From assembly GCA_965153355.1 (NCBI GenBank), contig OZ231126.1, positions 21,142,001-21,206,000 of the forward strand: a DNA stretch of 64,000 nucleotides. Direction: 5' to 3'. Made by a program: the position numbers and the translations under genes. The stretch's first letter is position 1; each line of letters opens with the position of its first letter. The notes under the pieces were generated by a model. The model worked only from the letters and a program-made list of their open reading frames with translations. It did not search any database and was not told where the DNA came from. Below, one piece after another: positions 26,261-43,864 of this stretch. Source of the DNA: Flaccisagitta enflata (Eukaryota).

Positions 26261-27687
26261 TAATTTGCATATTGTAGCATATCAATTTTTCGTCCAATTT
26301 CTATATGGCTAAAAGAAGAAATGCGCCTCTTTTTTTTTATGATTGCTTACTTGCGCTACTTAAAAATGGGAGCCATTGAGCTGATGATCATTTTATGAGT
26401 TAAGAATTTCAATTGTGGTTCTCTATAAAATTCAAGCTTTTCTCACTGTTTCTTGCCACTGGATCTAAAAAAAATTCATCACATCTGCAGTAGGTTTCCA
26501 TTTCGTCCATCTTTACCACATGTTCGACCATGTTTTAAAGGCAACCGGTCCTCAACAGCAGGCCTTTAAAGTCGCCTAAATCTAAAAGGGAGCGCGGTTA
26601 AGGAGCAGACGACGAACGTAGCCTTAGATGTGTAAAAGACTTTTTTTGGGTACCAACATTTCATGTGTAAAGAAGCGAGCCGCTGGGAGAGTCTAAAAAG
26701 GGGTATTACCCTGCACCTTTTAATGATTTTGGAAAAAGTTGATCTTTTGAATTTTTTTTTCTTAAGCTTAACTGGAAAGGCATAAACGAATTCTAACAAG
26801 AGGAACCACAAGACAACTACTCCCTTCCTCAATGTTTTATCAGTTTTTAATGTTTAAGCATGTAGTTTACTTATAATTTAGCATCAGAGACTGTTATGAT
26901 GAAAAAATTAAATCAATAAGAAGTGGCGGCATCTTAATTCCAGTATGTTTACCGAGCAAATTTGAGATTCTCTATTGCAATAATCTTCATTTTATGGATC
27001 GAAAAATTATCTACCAGAAAATTCTTTGGACAGTTTCTAGTCTTTGATTACAAATGGTTCTTGATGATTGTGAATCATGGTGCTATGGAAATAGTGGAGA
27101 AGTGTTGATCAACCATTTTGTGCACCAATTTTTTTGAACAACAAAACGCTCTGTTGATTTAAGTTATGATGATTGCTAATGAATACTTTTTCCTTTCCTA
27201 GTGGACATATTCAACCTTAACTTTATCCAACTCCTATTGCCGGAAGAATTGATCTGACAACGGATTGTACTTAATGAGACATGAATCCATGGGAATCAAG
27301 AAAAAATCAATTCTTCCGCCAATTTAGGTACCCTGGTTAAGGAGGGGTGACAGGGAGAAATCTGAGAGATCTTTTCTGAATACGGTTGGAATGGCTTTTA
27401 GATGTGTCCGGGAGAATTGCTGGTGATTTAAGGTTGACAGGTGTTTATTTTTCGTGGTGATGGGATCTGGGGCTGTGTGTACGTAAATTAGTGGTGATGA
27501 GGGGGTGATTTAGGAGTGACATGTATTCATTTATCGTGGTGGTAGGATCTGGGGCAGGTGAATTGGTAGTGATGACGGGGTGATTTGGGGTTTGACAGCT
27601 GAAAAAAATTCGGGACCCAAGAAATCTGCTTTTATGCCGGATATACGGCAACCGAAGTCACGTGCCGGTGGGCAGGGGCAGTGATAA

Positions 27688-30363
<2,676 letters not shown>

Positions 30364-30644
30364 AAAAAGATAACCAAGTATTTGGGCAGGAGCAAAAATT
30401 GCCCGTAAATGCTGAATAAGCTGAACTGACCGACGAATGGACAGACGGACTTAGCAAGTTATTGAGGCGCATGCCTGTGACTAACAAAGCCACATACACA
30501 GCTACCCCAGTCGCGTGCGGGTGGGCAGGTGTCGTATTTGAGGTCACTAGAGCATTTGGGCAAGAGCAGTGAGGCAGAACACCGCAAAAACGTCGAGAAA
30601 GTGATGTTGACCTACATGGTTCAAGCTTCTTCAATATAATGGTG

Positions 30645-31089
30645 AATAGTCGCAAAAGCGTTAGATGGTCAGCAGTACCCGCGCCCTGCCTAAGTAGGTT
30701 GTGGTTGAAGTTGAGGGGGGAGCAGGGCAGCGGCCCCGAAGGGGTCGATGACCTATGCTTTCACATATATGGAGGATTTTCTCCTTCTTCTCCTCCTGAG
30801 TTTTGGGCCTCAAGGCCAGGATCTGGGCCTCTTGGCTGAGATTTTGACATTGAGGCTGAGATTTGGGTCTCAAGACTGAAATCTGGGCCTCCAGGCTAGG
30901 ATTTAGGCCTTGAGGCTAGGATTTGGACCTTGAGGCTGGGATTTGAGCCTCGAGACTGGAATTTGGTCCTTGAGACTGGGATTTGAGGGGGGGGGGACGT
31001 AGGAGGAGAAGGAGAAGAAGAAGAAGGAGAAAATCCCCCATATGTGTGAAAGCATAGGTCATCGACCCCTTCGGGGCCGCTGCCCAAAA
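30645..31089 (-). mobile_element. HINE-like family D with ~55-bp subterminal IRs and a 20/21-bp minisatellite
   Basis: IR gggcagcggccccgaaggggtcgatgacctatgctttcacatatatgg near both ends, internal (ggatttgggccttgaggctg)n, terminal module aatagtcgcaaaagcgttagatggtcagc.gtacc. Other copies: ~620-1237, 6545-7250, 14303-14684, 15402-16297, 51221-51784, 51864-52352. Confidence 0.7.
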
Positions 31090-31953
31090 GGAGACAACCC
31101 TCTTTCTATGGGCATCATCGCTCCCAAAGAATTGTACCTACCGACCAATGGTTAGTGGAAGCTATGGTTTACACATTCTGGGCGATTTGGAATTGACAGG
31201 AAATTTGGCACAAACAAATATTTGTAAAAGAGCACATCTAGGTGGGTTGATAAGCTGAAATTTGGATCATAACCTCATAATGAGTTCCACTGAACAACAG
31301 CATGGACCGTTATTCACTCTAACAGTTTCTGCAGCCTTGCGATGGCATTGAAGTTGAAATACCCTCTCATATTTTGCAGAGTTTATACCAGCTAAATTTT
31401 GCAAAATCGAATCTCTATAAAGTCTTATGAAATGTGTAACAAAAAGTATCTTACAAAAAGCTTTAGAAAAATGTTATTGAAAAATAGACTTAACATATAA
31501 AAATAAAATAAAACATTCAGAAGCTACTCAATACTGTATAGTATATGCTTCCACATATCCAATTTTAGGTACGACCTAAGTTTAGTGGTTACTGAAATTC
31601 AAAACCTTTGGATAAGTAATTTTTATGCAGAAAACAAGACTTTTGTCTTATCTCTCAAACAATTATAATTTTTCATTATAGCTATTTGGTTAAGGGATAG
31701 ATGTTAGTGCTGACTTCTGGCATTGACAGGGATAGTCAATTCAGCAAAGGTTAAATCCAATTGAAAAAAAGTAACTATGGGGATCCGACTCCCTAGCTGT
31801 TACCCCTCCTCTCAATTAAACTATTGGGGTGGGAATATGGACAATTTATACTATTTTGTGTTAAAGGGAAATCTTAATGATTGGAGGAATGGGAATTCAT
31901 CTTCAAGAAGATATATCATGGGATGATAGGTCACCATGAAGGGGTATAAACTG

Positions 31954-33360
31954 TAGGGCGGCTACCTGGAGGGTCAAATGTGGTCAAATTTCAGAACGCC
32001 TCAGCCAACTAACCATACACTCTTTGTCATATTTAAAAAGGAAATGAGGCCAGCGGAGATCGGTATCTGGACAGAAAACCCGCACGGCAAAACTATAGAG
32101 TTCACGGCGTCCAGGAACAAACCTTTGGTCTAAAAAAATTGTCAAGACTCCTGACCTGGGGAAATGTCTTTTTTGATGCATTAGCTACAAATCAATGGTA
32201 AGAATAAAAAAAAATGCTTAGAAATATAGCATTGATGGTCAAATAATAGCCAAAAAAGGCATTTTTAAGCATATCTTAGATTAAGAATTGTATTCATGGC
32301 CTCTAAAAGTATGTAGAAATGTATGAAAAGTTTGGCTACAGTGGTTAAACTAATGCTTTTACCTACTTCAGTTTGTTTAGAGTGATTTTCCAATAATCAA
32401 AACAAAACAAGGCCAAGTAGGCCAACGATGCCTCCTCTTTGAATGAATGTTTTTTATGAATGAATGTCATTTGTGAATGAATGAATGATTGAATGAATGA
32501 ATTACTTAATGTATGCTTCTTTTACTGGGGCAGAACCACTTTTCTGTTGAAAAAATGCTCGATTTTTATGTTTTCAATGAATGCGTTAACGACCGACCAA
32601 CCAACCATCCGACCAACCAAGGGACACAGCCTATTATAGAGATGTGAGGACGCATCTAAAAATGCCAAAAACTGTTGTAAAATGAATATCTTTTATTATT
32701 TTTTTTGCTATTTCTAAGCTCTAATCTATCAAATATTTCTAAAAACTAGCTGGATTATATTCCAGCATGAGTATTTTAACAATATTTATACACTTTTCAT
32801 AGTCTTTAAGAATCTTAAAGAGGTAATTATGAAAATAGGCTGAAAAAAATCAATTTGATAGTTTGAAATAGTTTTTTTAGTTTTTATCTATAAATAACCC
32901 TCTAAACTTACCAAATAGGTAAAAGCATTATTACAGCAACTATTGCCACACTTTTCAGATATTTTTTAAACAGCTTGAAGCTACAATCCTGATTTCTGAT
33001 ATAAGAAATATATAAAAATGCTTCATTTTTGCTATCTTTAAGCTTTGAATTCTATACTTCCAAGCCAATTTTTTTATTTTTGCCATAAATTAATAGCTAA
33101 TGCATCAAAAAAGACTTTTACCCAGATCAGGAGTCTTGACCATTTTTTTCGACCTATGGTTTGTTCCTGGACGCCGTGAGTTACAATGGGTGTAAAATTG
33201 CTTTCCTATACTTTACCATTGTGTTGCCGTGCGGGTTTCTTGGTCAAATACCGATCTCTGCTTGTCTGATTTACTGCCCAAATGCCGCTTAGAATGTAAG
33301 GTTAGATGGCGGAGGAATTTTAAATTTTGAGCCAAATTCACCCTTCAGGTAACCAGCCTA
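31954..33360. mobile_element. Foldback element with long degenerate TIRs (possibly Mutator-like)
   Basis: tagggcggctacctggagggt versus acccttcaggtaaccagccta. Inner matches cacggcgtccaggaacaaacc/ggtttgttcctggacgccgtg and gtcaagactcctga/tcaggagtcttgac. Flanks share gtataaa (degenerate TSD?). A HINE is inserted at ~32406-32658. Confidence 0.75.
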
Positions 33361-34297
33361 GTATAAAGTACTTTGCCATATTTAGAAAAGAATTTAGTTC
33401 TCCTTAGAATATTTTAACATATCCAATTTCTGGTCATCAGTTGGAGACCTACACCCTAGAGTGAGTTTCGGGCCTTTAACTCCAATACTCAGGTGCAGGC
33501 GGCCCCACCAAAAGGTGCCTCCATTGGATATATGATATATTAAAATCAATATTAGTTAATGTTAAGATTAGGTTTGAAAGACTGTCACAAGTCGAAAATT
33601 ATTGAGGAGAAGCCAATTGACCCACTCACTCAACAATAACCAATGACAATCTTCCAAGACTTATTTTTTTTTTTTTTATGGTTATTATGTTTTTCCTATA
33701 ATTATCATTCTTTTGAGGACAGTGTCCTACACAAAAAGGTGTCCTTGATGTCAGATAGACATACAAATGGATTATTGGGTCAAGGGTTGAGAAATAACTG
33801 TAAAAAAAATATCAACCATATCCATTCCCTCAAAACAATATTGCCAGAACCATGGCAAATAAACTTCATGTTACCATCTCATTTTTAGTCGCGTGCACTC
33901 GACTCTTTGACCCACTCTGTTCGTCTGTCAGTCCGTCGGTCCTTTGGTCCGTCGGTCCATTGGTATCGCTTAGCTTTTTTTCGCTGTTTTATGTCATTTT
34001 AAGTCATTTTAAGTTATTCAAAGACTTCAAAGTCCATTTACATTTAGTCTTTTGGTCTTTCAGTCTGTTAGTCTTGTGGTCTTAACAACCGCACGCGACT
34101 GTAAGGTGTTGACCTTGTTTTAGTTTTAAATCCTTTTAATGCCTACTGCCAATAATGTTGAATCATGGTTACTCCAAATTGCTAGACTTATACAGTCAGT
34201 GGACAAAACAAAATAGGTAGAGAGCTCACTCTGTTGGCTTTGATCCAACTTACTGCCATTAAACAACAGGCTATAGACAACAACTGGTTGTAAAAAT

Positions 34298-34560
34298 CAG
34301 GGCTGCAGAAAGTGGCCGAGGGCGCAAGCGGCGCTTGTAGGAAGCAAGCAAGGCCAGTCGGAGGGCAGAGGTAAGCAGGAGAAAAAAATGAAGGAAAAAA
34401 AAAGATGAAAAAAAAAGAGAAGGGATGAAAAAATAAAAAAACACAAAAGAGGATCTGTGTCTGTCTGTCTTGTTTTTTTATCTTTATCTGTCTCTCCAAT
34501 ATTTTTGGGCTCTCTCTTTCTGTCGCTCTCTCTCTGTCTGTCTCTCTCTCTCTCTGTCTG

Positions 34561-34647
<87 letters not shown>

Positions 34648-35913
34648 TGCTCTCTCTCGCTCGTGCTTGCTCTCTCTCTTGCTCGCGCTCGCTCTCTCTC
34701 TCTGGTTCGCTCTCTCTCTCTCCCTCTCGCTCGCGCTTGCTCTCTCTCTCGCTCACGCTTGCTCTCTCTCTCGCTTGCGCTCGCTCTTTCTCTCGCTCGC
34801 GCATGCTCTCTCTCTCGCTTGCGCTCGATCTTTCTCTCTCTCTGAGATTCTTTCAAAACCGAAAAGGATAGTAACACCGGATGAAAGTACTTTAGAATTT
34901 TAAGATGGTGCAGAATTTGATAAGCTTTTAAAAAGATTTATTGGCAAAATAAAACATTTAAGTGTCTTTTTAAAATGGTGCAATAGAACTTAATTTCTAA
35001 TTTATTGATAGAGTGAATTAAATATGCATCAATTTGATAGAAATTTAGTGAAAATTTAGCCAAAAAAAAAAAGTAACAAAAGTTATGTATAAATCTTGTC
35101 CCTAATCTAATGTGAAAACTTCTGATAGATTCAAATACTTTTCTTGTCACTATGCTAGTGATAGAATGAATAAATTTATCAACAAGGCCAACACCTATAA
35201 GTCGCGTGCCAGACTCTTGATACTCGTGACACAATGTTGGGACACAATGTTGGGACACAAAGCCGGGACACAACATTGGGACACAATGTTGGGACACAAT
35301 GTCAGGAAACAATGTCGGGACATAATATTGGGAAACAATGTTGGGAAACAATGTCAGGAAACAACGTCGGGAAAGAACGTTGGGAAACAACGTTGGGAAA
35401 CAATGTCGGGAAACAACACCGAGACACAATGTTAGGACATAATGTAGGGACACAATGAAGGGACACAATGTTGGGACACAACGTTGGGACACAATGTTGG
35501 GACACATTCTCAGGACACAATGTCAAGAACGCCTGTAAACACCGAAAAAGCAAAGTGTTGCCGACCAACCAACGGATGGATGGACGGACAGATAGACGGA
35601 TGGACAGACGGACGGATGGACAGACTGACAGTCAGATGGACGGTTGGACAGACGGTTGGACGGACGGATGGATGGACGGACAGATGGACAGATGAATGAA
35701 CGGACAGATAGACGGATGGACGGATGGACGGAAAGACGGACGGACGTACGGACATACGGACGGACGGACGGACTTTGTTGAGTCGCGTGCACGCTACAAA
35801 AAACTTGTTGATATTTAACAATCAAACTGACATGAAAATCCTACGCACTTCAATAGAAAAATGGACATTGGCAAATTGCGCTTGTAGGAAGCAAAATATT
35901 CTCTGCAGCCCTG
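34298..35913. mobile_element. Non-autonomous hAT element, 8-bp TSD gtaaaaat
   Basis: gtaaaaat|cagggctgcaga ... tctgcagccctg|gtaaaaat; the subterminal motif gcgcttgtaggaagcaa occurs near both ends. Confidence 0.9.
35181..35797 (-). mobile_element. HINE family A copy with 13-bp minisatellite, nested in a hAT element
   Basis: aacaaggccaacacctataagtcgcgtgcc ... (gggacacaatgtt)n ... (ggac)n ... gagtcgcgtgcacgcta. Confidence 0.7.
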
Positions 35914-36325
35914 GTAAAAATTACAGACGGCTGTCATCTTACAAAGTCAACAAAAATCCAACCTAAATAGAAAAAAACGTGATTAGCATATATAGCATAT
36001 TCATAATCCTGATGAAATTTTGAAAAGTTTGACATGTCACACTTAACACTTTTTATAAGAAATAACCTTTTAACATTGCATTATAACTCTATCAAACATT
36101 GATAAATATTTTTTATTTTCATATAAGTATATGTTGTGACATATCAAACTTGTCAGAAGTTCACCAGGATCTTGAATTTGCAGGTCTCATTCTATTTGGT
36201 GAAAGTTGGATTTTTGCCGACTTTATAGCATGACAGCAGGCTGTAATTTTTACAACCAGTTGTTGTTTACAGCCTGCTGTTTGATAACAGTAAGTTGGAT
36301 CAAAGCCAACAGAGTGAGCTTTCTA

Positions 36326-36919
36326 ACCATAAGTGCAATAAAAATGGCCGATTTTTGAAAGGTCTGTAAAGGATCAAAAATTCATCTGAATATAGCAAAA
36401 TTCATGACACCTTGAAAGTCCTTCAAAAGATCTTTCATTTGAAACTTTTGTGGGACTACTAACTCAATGAATATGCAAATGAGAGTAAGATTAGCAAAAC
36501 CGCTTAATTTTGAAACTGCCCATGGTATCTTTACAAAGTTCCATAAAAAAATCACAGAAGATGTTGCCCGATGTTGATAAAAATTGAATTGATATTGGGG
36601 CAAATACAGGTCAACTAGCCCCTAAAATTTCATCGAAATCGATAAAGATCTTCTATCATTTTTACTCATCTAAAACATTTCAGAAAATCCAAGTGACAAA
36701 TTCGGCCCTCTTTTCATGAGGTGGCAATTTAGTTGTTAGCCCTTAATCTGTCATATTTTCTAAAAGAATTGAGAAAAAATTTGCTGCATGGACTCAAATG
36801 AAAGATAATTTTGATATGTTTCTACAATGCATGAATTTTAGGATGGTCCCAAGAATCTTTTGACCAAAACCTGTGCTCAAAGCTGTTGAAAAATTGGCCA
36901 TTTTTATTGCACTTATGGT
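36326..36919. mobile_element. TA-flanked MITE inserted in the right TIR of the 34193-36946 element
   Basis: ta|accataagtgcaataaaaatggccg ... tggccatttttattgcacttatggt|ta. Confidence 0.85.
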
Positions 36920-37509
36920 TACCCATTTTGTTTTGTCCACTGACTGTATGATCTGTGTTATAACAATATTTGTTCTGCATTTTAGTATTATTATGTGCTT
37001 TTACCGAGTTGTGCCAAATTTCCTACTCTCCCTGTTTCCTAATGCAGACGCAAATAGGAGTTCTCAGCTTGGCATTCCCAGTAATTACGCGCTTACAAGC
37101 TACATTCGCAAAGTACACCCGTCCGTAACGATATTGGGAACCACTGTCATCTTCCCCCGATGCTGATTTCACCTCTCCTACCACTCTTCAGCCCTATGCC
37201 TACTCTCGCTTTTGCTCTTATGTTTCTGTAATGGCGAAGCAGCGGATCTACCAAGCCTAAACTAAATAAACTTACCAACAAAGATAAGCACTTATCAAGC
37301 AACCAACTACTTACTCGCATGCACTGATAGGGAGACACAGAGACTAGCGGTATCGCACAAGCGCAGACAGACGGTCGACTGATGTCACAGAAGGTGCAGA
37401 GCTGAAGATGATCTCCCGAGAGACGGAACCGACATAAACGCTCTTCAATGGAGTCTAGACATTTAACTCGTTGTTCGATGCTATCTAACCCGATGTCCAT
37501 TTCGGTGTC

Positions 37510-37555
<46 letters not shown>

Positions 37556-37771
37556 CCCTTTGATGCTTGCCGCCACACCAAAACCAATGGCCATTGCCAT
37601 TGTTATGGGCATTCAATGTCGAGGGGGGTCAATTTTTGCTCGTGAGAGACTGCCACAGAATGTTGGACACACTGACCCCTGCTAATCCGTCTGTCTATCG
37701 CAGTGTGTGTGTCCAGAATTATGCAATATGTATGATTTTCTTCAAGGATGATGAAGAATTAGAAGAAGATT

Positions 37772-38149
<378 letters not shown>

Positions 38150-38293
38150 AAAACAGTCACCCAGACAGTTGAAAACAGACAGACAGACAGAAGGACTGAC
38201 CGACGTACAGACAAATTGTCAGAAAGAATGGAAAACAGACAGACAGACGGAAGAGAAAATAAAAGAGTGTAAGGAAGGTATGTATCTTGAAAG

Positions 38294-38400
<107 letters not shown>

Positions 38401-38631
38401 AAGAGGGTAAGAATGAATATCATCTGCTCACTTTGCTTTTAATGAGGGGTCATAAAGGGCTCAAGTCTGAAGGGATCTGTTTCTCCTTTATGACTTGCGG
38501 ATCTTCGGCTCTCAGTCCATCCGGCCTCTTATCCCATCCTAGTTTCATCTCCTTGGTTACAACGAAAACATAAAACCAACAAAAACAACAACAACAAAAA
38601 CAACATAAACAACAAAAACAGTAAAAACAGC

Positions 38632-38669
<38 letters not shown>

Positions 38670-38708
38670 CCGCAATGATTACAACGACAACAACCGCAAC
38701 AATGACAA

Positions 38709-38765
<57 letters not shown>

Positions 38766-38782
38766 AAAAACAAAACAAAATC

Positions 38783-38862
<80 letters not shown>

Positions 38863-40064
38863 AAAGAAAAACAACAACAACAACAGCAACCACAAAAAGA
38901 ACAAAACAACAAAAACAACAAAAACAACAAAAACAACAAAAACAACAAAAACAACAAAAACAACAAAACAACAACATCAGCAACACTGTAACAACATCAA
39001 GTACAGCATCAACAGAATTTTCACGTCTTACTATTTAAGATAGTTTTAAGATTGAGAAACTGCAGGGCAGGGCAGCGGTCCAAAAGATAGGTGGAACCTG
39101 TCCATCTATCCATCCATTCATTTGTCTGTCCCCCCGTCTGTCCGGCATATACTTCCCAGACAGTGATTTGAATAATGGAGGCCTGCATCAGACTCCGCTA
39201 GGCTGTAATCTGGGTCCATGAGGCCTGAATCATTGTCAGAGAGACCAGGATCTGCGGTTGTGAAGCCAGTGGCCTGGATTTAGATCCTGGAGGCCAGTAT
39301 CTGGAACTCACAGGTCAGAATTTGGGTCTCACAGTTGGTTCTAATAGGGCAAAATCTGGTTCTCAGATACCAGAATCTGTGTCTCTAAGGCAAGAATCTG
39401 GATCTCAGTGGCCAAAATGAAGGACTCTAGACCAGAATTTTCTGGTCAAGATTTGGGCTATTTTGCTTACATTTGGATAAGAATTGGCCCCCTAGGGTAC
39501 AAAGCCCTTAGGTTAGGGCTTGGGGAGGGGATGGACGTACATAGGGACAGACATACAGACCCCCCCTGTATCCTACAGGACATAGCCCCCTTTGGAGCCG
39601 CTACCCAGAAGCCTGATACGAATACACACCCGACTGACCAACCGACGAAAATGTCCTCTCAAAGTCATCCTTTGATTAAATGAAAACGAAGAATGACTAA
39701 AAAGAAACTTCATTTTAAATTCATGTTATTTTCAATTCAATTGGTTTCCTTTATGCTTCGGCGCCCGTCTCGAAATTGGAAATAAGGGCGTTTCTGACCT
39801 TTAAAAACTTTTCTTTTTTTTTAATGGAAAAATCGAAACAATCGAACAAACATTTCATGGCACAGTCTAGTAGATGGGAAACGTGCCGACGGATTCGAAA
39901 CGGGAGTAATCAAACTACACGATTTTGATAAGATATACACGCAATGGCGACTATTAAAAAAAAACAATAAAAAATCATGCATTTTTTTCGATTCTTGTTT
40001 CAACAAAATAAATCAAAATGCAAATTAAATTTGGGTTTTAAAAATCTGGGATTGCAACCGATAG

Positions 40065-40163
<99 letters not shown>

Positions 40164-40415
40164 AAGAGGGAAGAAATAAAGCTCGATCAAATATATCTGG
40201 AAATTGGGAAAGTGTGCAAAATCAAAAATTCCAGACGATATCCAGAGCGGGCTGGAAATAATAAAAAGAAATCGATCAAAAACAATATTTTTAAATTCTC
40301 ATTCTCTGAAATGATAAAAAGGTCAGAAATGGACACGGAAAAGGGGCAAACACTCTGAAGTATCCAGGGCAAAGGGAAATCGTTAACTCAGATGACATCG
40401 TCATCTCTAACTCTT

Positions 40416-40462
<47 letters not shown>

Positions 40463-42127
40463 TTTTTTTCAGGGAAGCGGTTATGCTGTAAAGGCATGTC
40501 AGATATAACTGTCGACGAGTCGAGCGACGGCAACAACGAGGATGCTGATGAATTTGACAACCAAACCTCAGCGGCAACAACTACAGGGTGTTAAGTTTCG
40601 AATTTCAAAGAAAATGAGCATAATTCTTTTAAAGAAATGATTGAATATTATATGTTCCATCTCATTGTGTATCAAAAACACCTCATGCTTTTCAAGCCTC
40701 GCTTTTGAAAAACTTCACTGAGTAAGTTTGTCCGTCCATTAGGCTCCGCGTGGTTCGTGTGTTGATCGGACAGCCTATCCCTGGATTAATTGCTTTCAAT
40801 GTTTTTCTTGAGTTGTGAACGAAGTATGCTGCTCAGTTTAACGCTTTGATTTTTTAAAGAGCGTGTCACGACATTTTGTCTTGTTTTTTTTTTTTTTTTG
40901 TTTTCATTTTCAACTGGTTCTGGTGAACTCTCGTGATTACATCCCATCCTTGCAGATCAAGAATCTGTTCTCCTTAACTTTGATCCTCGCCTTCAAGACC
41001 CAAATCATGGCCACCAAGCTCCAGATTCCTTCCAGGATTTAGGATCAAGATCCCAGGACCTAGACCCTGATTTCCAAATCTACATCTTGGCCTCTGCTAC
41101 CCATATCATAGCCTCTCAGAACTTGCCTCCCAGACCCAGATATTTACCTCTGAGAACAAATAGGCAAATTTGCGAGTTCCTCCTGTTGTTTTAACAGGTG
41201 TTTGTTCTCTTTTGGGCTGCTGCCTAGTTTCTTCTCTTTTTCTTTGTTTGTTTGCCAGTTTGTTTGCCAGTTTGCTCCTGCCTATTACTTGAAGAACTGC
41301 GTGAAGTGGTCTGTCCCTCAGTCTTTCCAAATCATTGTCTATCTGTTTGACTTTTTAGTCACAGACACGCGACTCTGGAACTTCCTATATCGGTCCGTAC
41401 ATCCGTCAGTCCGTCGGCAACTTTTTTGAAATTTGTTTTTTTTTGCCAAATTGCATCCGTCCGCGACCGGGGTAAAAGTGTATACGGCCTTGTTGTCTCT
41501 CTCTCTCTCTCTCTTCATTTATTTTTTTCTCCACGGCTGAGTAGGAGAGTGGAGAATGAGCCTGTTCAAAATTATCCCAAAAAGACAGAAACGGGCCTTT
41601 TCAGTTTTTGAGGTTTAAATGAATTGAATTTCGAGTCTTTTTGATGTTTACAACTGCAGCTGGCGATGTTCTGCTGCAGCTGCTGTCGGTCGCAGCACTT
41701 CTGCCAAGTTGACACCGCCGCTTATGGAGGTTCTTAAGACTCATGCTACGCGACTTTATAAACCATTTTTTCAGTCCATCCGTCCATCCATTGGTTTTTC
41801 ACTTGGTAGCATTTGGTCAAATTTGGGTTCTAAACATCGCCACTCTTGCCAAAGTGCTTTTGTTGCCTTCTACATCACTTCCCCTGCCCATCCACACGTT
41901 ACTGTGGCTGCCGATTATCCGGCCTTGTTTTTTTCATTTGGCTTCAAACCATGCCAGTTTTGATTTGTATCTAATTTTCCGTGTCTCACCCGTCCAAAAC
42001 TTTAGGAGCTATCCGTGTTTCGGGCAGCTTTTGTTGTTCTGTCAGTCACTGAAATTTCTGTCTTTGAGACAATCAAAGTTCGTGTCTCTGTCTGTCTACC
42101 TGTCTCTGCAGAGCTCTGTCTGTATAT

Positions 42128-42188
<61 letters not shown>

Positions 42189-42453
42189 AATGCCAGTAAC
42201 AACAAACGACGAACGCAGATTCTAGCGAAGACCTGCATTTTTTTCAACGTATTTTTTGCCTTTAGACTCATTTGCATATTTTAGAATGTTCTTTTTTCCT
42301 AATTTGTCTCCGGAATAATTTTGCATGCCTTCAGCTCTTAGCTTCGTCTGAAAGAGATAATGAGACTCGACTTTTTTTCTTTCCAGGACGAAAGGTAAGA
42401 AGAAATTGAATATTGAAGAGGAGAAGGAGAAAATTCAAAGAACAACAACACAA

Positions 42454-42580
<127 letters not shown>

Positions 42581-43068
42581 ACACTTTATTTTTTGGTCGC
42601 AGACTCTGAGCTCTTTGAGAGGATCGGTCCTTCCGTCGGTGCGGTGGTTTGTTGCCATGGGTCCGTCCAGACATGATGCTTGTGTGAAAAGTGGTGTGGG
42701 TTTATGGAGAAATGGGGGGGGGGGGTGTATGCCCCGTCCGCCATGAATTTGTAACACCGGATTAATTGTTTACCTTTTCGGCCTCCTAACATCTCTATGT
42801 GTGAGTCCGTCTTTTTACTATATTTGTTTCGCCTCCTTGAAAATTGCAGATTTGGGCATTTTTCAGCCGCGAGGATGTCACGTATCAAGTGTAACACCCG
42901 TTAGGATGTTGAAAGCCTCTTTTGACACTATGTCTTTTCATCTGTCTTTCCATCCAAATCTAGCCCAAGGACAATGAAAAGTCAGGACGCACCGTTGCCT
43001 GAACGGGCTCGTTTGTCATTTTGACAGATCCAGCATACAATCATATTCCTTATGTATCTCACCATTTT

Positions 43069-43451
43069 TAGTCGCGTGCTACGCGACTCTACGCCCCGCT
43101 TTGTCGGTCGGTCGGTCGGTTGGTTGGTCGGTCGGTCGGTCGGTCCCCTTTTTATTTTATTGGCGTTTTTTAGGTTTTTGTGCTCACAGCTCCTTCCTAA
43201 ATGCCATTATAAGGCATTCTAAGTCATTTTAAGTCATTCTTAGCCATTCTAAGTTTTATTAAGACATATTAAGTCACTTAAGTCATTAAGGTCAAAATGG
43301 TCATTAAAGTCATTTTATGTCATTTTAAGACATTTTATGTCATTTTAAGACATTCTAAATCATTTCAGGTCACTTTGAGTCATTTAAAGTCAATTTAAGT
43401 CATCTTTAGCTATTTATGTCCCGCACGCGACTTATAGGTGTTGGCCTTGTT
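43069..43451 (+). mobile_element. HINE family A copy with internal 10-bp (taagtcattt)-type array
   Basis: tagtcgcgtgctacgcgactctac...(ggtc)n...(aagtcatttt)n...gcacgcgacttataggtgttggccttgtt. Confidence 0.75.
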
Positions 43452-43864
43452 TATGTTTACAAGAAAAAGTATTACATTAATTTTGTAACTCTTATGTTTA
43501 TGAATAAGAGTATGACAATCTCATCTTTTTTTGTAATGAAAACAAATTTTCTTTTCCCATTTTTCTCCTTTTAATCTCTCTTTGCCATCCTAAATATGTT
43601 TCTTGTGTGTAAACTTTGAGGCAATAATACTATCTAGGAAATAAGTATATATACACCTTCAACCAAGGATATCATCTTCGCCGAAAGAAACGCAGCAGTT
43701 ACATGACTCAATTGAGCGCCATTGTAAAGTCAGATGCAATGGAAATTCATGACAGAAAAGAAGATCTATCTAACCCTGCAATCCGCATCTCACTAAGTCT
43801 AATAGTTTGCAAATGATAGTAGATTTAAGAAAGTGCTGCATTTCGTAAAAGTAACAAAAACATA

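Larger units (their letters stand above)
34193..36946. mobile_element. TA-flanked Tc1/mariner-type foldback host element with nested insertions
   Basis: ta|cagtcagtggacaaaacaaaat ... attttgttttgtccactgactg|ta. The TIR match continues once the two insertions are removed. Confidence 0.85.

Noticed and set aside
26540-27430. Possible decayed coding or transposase sequence
   Set aside because: Multiple stops in the frames examined and no motif I could identify.
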